Shown here piece by piece: positions 27,202-32,000 of a DNA stretch of 32,000 nt; the stretch's first letter is position 1, and each line of letters begins with the position of its first letter. Both the position numbers and the translations under genes were made by a program. Source of the DNA: an uncultured archaeon (lineage in GTDB: Archaea; Iainarchaeota; Iainarchaeia; Iainarchaeales; CSSED10-239); contig CAZPGO010000030.1 of the NCBI GenBank assembly GCA_964586355.1, positions 1 through 32,000 on the forward strand, given 5' to 3'. Below the pieces are notes generated by a model. The model searched no databases and had not been told where the DNA came from. It was given only the letters and a program-made list of their open reading frames with translations.

Positions 27202-27416
27202 GTAATTACCATAGAAATAACCGTAATTACTAACATATTTTCTTAAAAATTTATTTAATTATCATAGTTATACATAATAAAAAAATGTTATTTTTACTGC
27301 AAAACAAATATTTAGTAATTACTTTTGTCTTTTCTTAATAATTACCGTAATTACGAAAATAGCTCTAATATAATTACAGTAATTACAGAAGCATTTATAA
27401 TAATTACGGTAATTAC
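27202..27416. promoter_or_regulatory. Iteron/operator-like array of the palindrome GTAATTAC
   Basis: Perfect GTAATTAC at 27202, 27223, 27315, 27347, 27379 and 27409. ATAATTAC partners at 27338, 27370 and 27400 form three 17-bp units ATAATTAC-N-GTAATTAC. The last four perfect sites are spaced 32, 32 and 30 bp apart. Confidence 0.6.
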
Positions 27417-27426
27417 TATATATAAT

Positions 27427-28173
27427 ATGAACATAATAAAAAAAAGCATTGGTTTTATTCTAAAAAAAGTACATAAACTTGATAGATATTTTATAGATAA
27501 TAAAAAGATTCAAGAAATAGATAATAAAAATATAGATCATCTAAAAAATGAAAAATTAAAAAAAGAATATAACGAATTAATTAAAAAAGAAGAAAATAAT
27601 AAAATTAATCAAAATAAAGATTCTATAAATTACCAAAATACTGTAGATAATTTTACTAATAATTACACTAAAACACAATCAAGTAATTTTCAAAATACTA
27701 ATACATATTCTAATAATCAAAATTTTAGTTTAGAAAATTCTTCAAATAAAGAAATAGATGATTACTCTAATAAAGAAAGAAATAATTATTCTAATAATCA
27801 AAATAATTTAATAAATGAAAAACCCTTAAAAAATACTTATACAAAAACTGAATTAAATAAACTTGAAAATACTAAAATATATGATGTTAATAAAATAGAT
27901 TTTAATAAAATAAATACTATTTGGGATGTTATAAAAATAAAAGAAAACACACAAGCAGAACATATTATTAAATCATTGTCTGCAGATCAATGGATGGATA
28001 TTGAAGATATTAAAAGAAGAATAAAACTTGAATTTAATATAGAATATCAAAACGAAAAGAGTCTTTACCCTTACATAAAAACATTAACAGATATTAATTT
28101 AATTAAAGTAAATAATACTGGAAAAAAAAGAACTTGGAAAAAAAACATAATTTTAATTGAAAATAATAAGTAA
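27427..28173 (+). CDS. N/Q-rich low-complexity protein with a C-terminal winged-helix domain
   Basis: I start at ATG 27427. The TTG at 27325 in the ORF track reads through the repeat array. The middle part is N/Q/S/T/Y-rich (NYQNTVDNFTNNYTKTQSSNFQNTNTYSNNQNF...). The C-terminal WMDIEDIKRRIKLEF...SLYPYIKTLTDINLIKVNNTGKKRTWKK looks like an HTH plus wing. Confidence 0.55.
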   Translation: MNIIKKSIGFILKKVHKLDRYFIDNKKIQEIDNKNIDHLKNEKLKKEYNELIKKEENNKINQNKDSINYQNTVDNFTNNYTKTQSSNFQNTNTYSNNQNFSLENSSNKEIDDYSNKERNNYSNNQNNLINEKPLKNTYTKTELNKLENTKIYDVNKIDFNKINTIWDVIKIKENTQAEHIIKSLSADQWMDIEDIKRRIKLEFNIEYQNEKSLYPYIKTLTDINLIKVNNTGKKRTWKKNIILIENNK

Positions 28174-28234
28174 TTTTATTAGAAATTATTCTTCCTTTTA
28201 ATGCTAGTAGTTGCTTTTTATTTTATAATAATTA

Positions 28235-28816
28235 TTACTCTTTATTTTTTAGTAATAAAATATTATTATAAAAAGAAGATAAGATTTCTGAGTGTTCTTT
28301 TGATTTATTAAACCAATCTATATCTAAAACATAATTTATATCATTATCTAAATAATTAATATTAGATAAATTATTTAAAACAGCATAATTAACTTCATCA
28401 ATTATTTTTTTTAAAGAACCATCATGTGATATTATTAAATATTCTTTTAAAAAATCTTCTGTTGCTTTTATTATATTATTAATATCAATATCTATAACCT
28501 CTATTTTATAATCAACAGACCAAGAACCTTTTTCTTTCCAATTATGAGTTGGGTTAACTCCTGTATTAAAAAAATCTATTAATTTATGTTCTAATTTTAA
28601 TGGAATTACTACAGCATTTTTACCTGGTCTAATTAATGGCATATTACTTAAAACACCTTTTCTAAAATAAACATATTTTTTATTATTATTTTTAGAAACA
28701 TTTTGTTTATAACCATAAATAGATCTAAATATTCTTTGGTATGTATAACTTGAATGTTTAATATTATTTTCAAAAACAAACTTATATTTTATGTAGTTAG
28801 ATTTTATAGTTTCCAT
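28235..28816 (-). CDS. Hypothetical protein (ORFan to my eye)
   Basis: 193-aa ORF with a GGGGTG Shine-Dalgarno-like element about 9-14 nt upstream (cacccc on the plus strand at 28825-28830). No recognisable motifs. Very AT-rich codon usage. Confidence 0.5.
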   Translation of the reverse strand: METIKSNYIKYKFVFENNIKHSSYTYQRIFRSIYGYKQNVSKNNNKKYVYFRKGVLSNMPLIRPGKNAVVIPLKLEHKLIDFFNTGVNPTHNWKEKGSWSVDYKIEVIDIDINNIIKATEDFLKEYLIISHDGSLKKIIDEVNYAVLNNLSNINYLDNDINYVLDIDWFNKSKEHSEILSSFYNNILLLKNKE

Positions 28817-28876
28817 ATTACTGACACCCCATAGTTCCTGTATTATTTATTTATTATATATAAACATAGTTATGTA

Positions 28877-28916
28877 TAATAATAATAATAATAATATATA
28901 TATATATATATATATA
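28877..28916. repeat. Compound microsatellite (TAA)6(TA)11
   Basis: TAA x6 at 28877-28894 is directly followed by TA x11 at 28895-28916. It lies 61-100 nt upstream of the 28816 start codon, in the putative promoter region. Confidence 0.9.
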
Positions 28917-28968
28917 AATAAAATATAATTTAAAATTAAAAAAATAGAAATATTAAAAGAAGATTAAT

Positions 28969-29331
28969 TTATCTTCTTCCAGCTGTAGAATATTTACTTT
29001 TGTAACCAATATACTTTTTTCTTATTTTAGCATCATAAGTATTTTCAGGTTCTTCAGGTTTTTCTCTTATTACTTCTTTTTCTTGTATTGGTACATTACC
29101 TGAATTAATTAGTATAATATCATCAACAGATATTACTTTTTTATATGGTATACTATGCTCAGTCATAATCTTTTTAGCTTCTTTTTTAGAGTTAACCTTT
29201 AATGGTTGTGTTGTTATTGTCTCTATTATTCCTTGTTCTAAGTTTACAACTAAATCATATACTTTTCCTCTATATAAGGCATTAGTCTCATATAGATCCA
29301 TTCCAAATAATTTTGAGATTCTCATTGTCAT
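28969..29331 (-). CDS. PRC-barrel domain protein with a basic C-terminal extension
   Basis: ISKLFGMDLYETNALYRGKVYDLVVNLEQGIIETI...IPYKKVISVDDIILI is a PRC-barrel pattern. A GGAGG lies about 8 nt upstream (cctcc at 29339-29343). The tail is rich in K/R/Y. Confidence 0.6.
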   Translation of the reverse strand: MTMRISKLFGMDLYETNALYRGKVYDLVVNLEQGIIETITTQPLKVNSKKEAKKIMTEHSIPYKKVISVDDIILINSGNVPIQEKEVIREKPEEPENTYDAKIRKKYIGYKSKYSTAGRR

Positions 29332-29594
29332 TTTAATTCCTCCAAATAAATTAAATATTATTTATTAAAAACTATATCTAAAAGGTTATACAAAGCATTT
29401 ATATATATTACTTTTTTATTTTATATATAATTTAAATAGATAAGTTTGTTTTTAAAACCAATAATTAATAAATACTTACAAACAATATATAAATGTTATA
29501 GTTTTTTAGTTAATTTTATTAAGATTTTAATAAATTTAGAACTTTCTAAGCAATTTGTAAAATATTTTTAGTAATACAAGAAGTATGGGGTCTA

Positions 29595-30425
29595 TCATAT
29601 GTTATCTAAAGGATTTTGAATAGTTTTTAGTTTATTTGTATTAACTTTAGTATAAATTTGTGTGGTATTTAAGTTAGCATGTCCTAGTAGTTGTTGAATA
29701 TATCTAATATTTACATCATTTTCTAATAAATTAGTAGCAAATGAGTGTCTTAATGTATGTGGACTAATTTTTTTATCAATATTTGATTTACTAGAATATA
29801 TTTTTAAAAATTTTTGAATAGTGTCTACTGAAAGTGCATTACCTGAATTATTACAAAATAAATATTCTGATTTTATTTTTCTATTTTCTAAATATGTTTT
29901 ATAATCTTCTACCCATTTTTTAGAAAGAATAATTATTCTATCCTTATTTCCTTTTCCACTAATAACATTACCAGTAAACTCATCAAAATTTAAATTACTT
30001 ATTTTCATATTTACACATTCTGATATTCTAACACCTGTTGAAAACATAAATTCTACTATTAGTTTATTTCTAGTATTATCTATAACAGAAATAAGTTCTT
30101 TAATTTCTTTAGGTGTTAAGACAATTGGTATTTTCTTAGCTTTTTTTGGCAGTTTTATATTTATTAAAATATTACTTTTTAAAAATTCAATATAAAAATG
30201 TTTAATAGCAGAAAGTACAAGATTAAGTGTTGCAGATCCTACTTTTTTTTCTGTTTTTAAATATGATAAAAAATTTATAATATCATCATCATTTATTTTA
30301 TCTAGATCTTTTTTAACATATTCATAAAACATATTTAAATATATCATATATGTATCAATAGTTCTTTGACTATAACCCATAATATTTAGTTCATTTTTGA
30401 ATTTTTTTAATAGTATTTCTGACAT
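29595..30425 (-). CDS. Tyrosine site-specific recombinase, XerA/XerC/D-like
   Basis: The SAM-like N-domain (YSQRTIDTYMIYLNMF) and the catalytic set R (STGVRISE), K (GKGNKDR), HxxR (HTLRHSFAT), H (LGHANLNTT) and Y (QIYT). The 276 aa size is typical of archaeal XerA. It could be housekeeping or element-borne. Confidence 0.85.
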   Translation of the reverse strand: MSEILLKKFKNELNIMGYSQRTIDTYMIYLNMFYEYVKKDLDKINDDDIINFLSYLKTEKKVGSATLNLVLSAIKHFYIEFLKSNILINIKLPKKAKKIPIVLTPKEIKELISVIDNTRNKLIVEFMFSTGVRISECVNMKISNLNFDEFTGNVISGKGNKDRIIILSKKWVEDYKTYLENRKIKSEYLFCNNSGNALSVDTIQKFLKIYSSKSNIDKKISPHTLRHSFATNLLENDVNIRYIQQLLGHANLNTTQIYTKVNTNKLKTIQNPLDNI

Positions 30426-30739
30426 ATAAATAATAATAGCTCTATTTTCTTTATAATCTTATTGTTTTAAGCCGAAAAAGTGCTTTGTTTTTCAAACCTT
30501 TTTGACTCTTTTTTTTTCTAGTTTTTTAGTTTTTTTAATAAATTATATTAAACAAGTGTTATTTTGGCTTGTTTTATTTATACATAAATTTATTTTTTAG
30601 ATCTTTTTTTCTTCTAACCTTTTATATTTTCTAGCTTTTTTCTAATTTATACATAAGTTAGTAAAACAAACAAAACCACTTATAAAATGATTGACCTTCT
30701 ATTAATTATACTTTTTTTAAAAAAAGAAATATAATGTGA

Positions 30740-32000
30740 TCAAATATAAATCCCAAATACATACTCAACAGAAAAGATGAAAAAATCACTTATAATATTT
30801 ATAAAATCAAATTAGCAATATTAAAAGCACTTGATGCAATTGAGAATCCTGATATAGATCTTGCTGATTTTATTACTAAAAAAGTTGATACTGTTTTAGT
30901 TAATGAATATTTTAATAAAAAGATTTTACCTAAGATTGATGATATTCAAAATATTATTGAAGATGTTTTAATTAAAGAAGGATTAACTAAATTAGTAAAA
31001 GCTTATGTTATTTATAGAAAACAACATGATGATTTTAGGCAATTTTCTAAATTAATAGATAGTGTTAATGCTGTTGAAAGTTACATAAACATTTCTGATT
31101 GGCAAGTAAAAGAAAATAGCAATATGGATTATTCATTACAAGGTCTAAATAATTATTTATCTACTAAAATAATTTCTGATTATTGGATAAAAAAAATATA
31201 TCCTCCAGAAATAAAGGAAGCACACGAAAAAAGGCAATTACATATACACGATCTAAGCACATTAGGACCTTATTGTGTAGGTTGGGATCTACAATTTTTA
31301 TTAAGAAATGGTTTTAAGGGAGGTCTTGGTAAAATTGTTGCATCTGCTCCAAAACATTTTGATATTGCATTAGGTCAAATAGTTAATTTCATTTATACTC
31401 TTCAAGGAGAAGCAGCAGGTGCTCAAGCTTTTAGTAATTTTGATACTCTTTTAGCTCCTTTTATTTTTTATGATAATCTGGATTATAAAAGAGTAAAGGC
31501 AGATCTTGAAAAATTTATTTATAATATGAATGTTCCAACAAGGGTTGGATATCAAACTCCATTTTCAAATATAACCTTAGATCTAACAATACCATCAACT
31601 CTAAAAAACGAATCAGTAATAATTGCAGGAAAACCTATGGACAAAACCTATGGGGAATTCCAAGAACAAGTTGATATGTTTAATAAAGCAATTTTAGAAA
31701 TTTTTTATGAAGGTGATGCTGGAGGAAACATGTTTTCATTTCCAATACCTACAATAAATGTTACTAGTGACTTTAATTGGGATAGTGATCTTGCAAATAA
31801 AATAATTGATCTAACCATAAAATATGGTACCCCTTATTTTGCAAACTTTGTAAATTCTGATATGAAACCAGAAGATGCTAGAAGTATGTGTTGTAGATTA
31901 AGATTAGATAATCGTGAGCTTCAAAAAAGAGGAGGAGGGTTATTTGGATCTAATCCTCTAACAGGATCTATTGGTGTTGTAACAATTAACCTTGCACAGA
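30740..32000 (+). CDS. nrdD: Anaerobic ribonucleoside-triphosphate reductase (class III), N-terminal part; the 3' end is beyond the window and the start codon is unresolved
   Basis: Frame 2 is open from 30740 to the window end. It encodes an ATP-cone (YILNRKDEKITYNIYKIKLAILKAL...AYVIYRKQ). This is followed by the class III core (LHIHDL, YCVGWDL, QGEAAGAQAFSNFDT, RSMCCRLRLD, GGGLFGS). The first in-frame ATG/GTG/TTG is not until 31124. Confidence 0.9.

Larger units (their letters stand above)
26967..30738. mobile_element. Candidate accessory island / degenerate integrated element bounded by tRNA-iMet and a tyrosine recombinase gene
   Basis: tRNA-adjacent and contains a Xer/integrase-family gene plus three ORFans or poorly assignable genes. 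It has unusually long non-coding stretches (460, 263 and 313 bp) and an iteron-like array. GC is lower by hand count on sample lines (about 18-22% versus about 30% in neighbouring genes). No att duplication was found. Confidence 0.3.

Noticed and set aside
27202-27416. CRISPR array.
   Set aside because: The repeat unit is only 8-17 bp with irregular 4-85-bp spacing, and no cas genes are present. It does not fit CRISPR repeat and spacer dimensions. No other candidate array exists in the window.
27325-27426. The TTG start giving a 282-aa version of the island wHTH protein.
   Set aside because: The extra 34 codons are a translation of the GTAATTAC repeat array (NNYRNY...ITVIT...ITVIT). The ATG at 27427 follows directly after the array and is the more plausible start.
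27358-30444. The 10-bp direct repeat AATAGCTCTA at 27358-27367 and 30435-30444, and the inverted 9-mer AAAGCACTT near 27048 and 30477, as possible island borders.
   Set aside because: A rough estimate for comparing two 300-450-bp AT-rich segments gives on the order of one chance 10-bp match. There is no extended similarity around them.
30737-30739. Genome-wide reassignment of TGA (for example to Trp or Gly) suggested by the ATG-TGA-ORF arrangement at nrdD.
   Set aside because: TGA clearly terminates the giant ORF at 19826-19828, right after its TM anchor and basic tail. All recognisable genes are full-length under the standard code, with TAA and TAG (26785-26787) also used as stops. Only a local event remains possible.
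26967-30760. An att-type direct repeat of the tRNA-iMet 3' half that would delimit an integrated element.
   Set aside because: I scanned the G/C-poor sequence to the right and found no copy of GGTTCAAATCCATCCCCCGCTA or any sizeable part of it. The only G/C-containing strings near the recombinase (for example AAGCCGAAAAAGTGC at 30469-30483) do not match. The mobile-element call is therefore kept at low confidence.

Overview
Very AT-rich, densely coded archaeal chromosome segment. My hand counts on sample lines give roughly 18-30% GC outside the tRNAs and tuf. Archaeal identity rests on aEF-1alpha/uS10, TFE, aTrm56, Taw3, Elp3, RtcB and an initiator tRNA with A1:U72. The compact gene set and huge surface proteins suggest a small-genome (DPANN-like) archaeon, but that is inference. 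Housekeeping content: endoQ-like (partial), ppdK, rtcB, rps10, tuf, an SPFH protein, taw3, elp3, a bacterial-type mutS-mutL operon directly behind a three-tRNA cluster, trm56, tfe, tRNA-iMet and nrdD (partial). The most notable parts are listed here. (1) An extra-AT-rich accessory stretch (26967-30738) lies between tRNA-iMet and a Xer-like tyrosine recombinase. It carries a phased array of the palindrome GTAATTAC upstream of an N/Q-rich wHTH gene. (2) Two genes, a ~1170-aa coiled-coil surface lipoprotein and nrdD, have conserved N-terminal features encoded upstream of any ATG/GTG/TTG. (3) A co-directional surface-protein block spans 13206-21056. (4) A DUF4258 / zinc-ribbon-AbrB toxin-antitoxin-like pair sits at 785-1377. 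I saw no CRISPR array, rRNA or transposase. All functional calls come from motif recognition by eye, and no database search was run.
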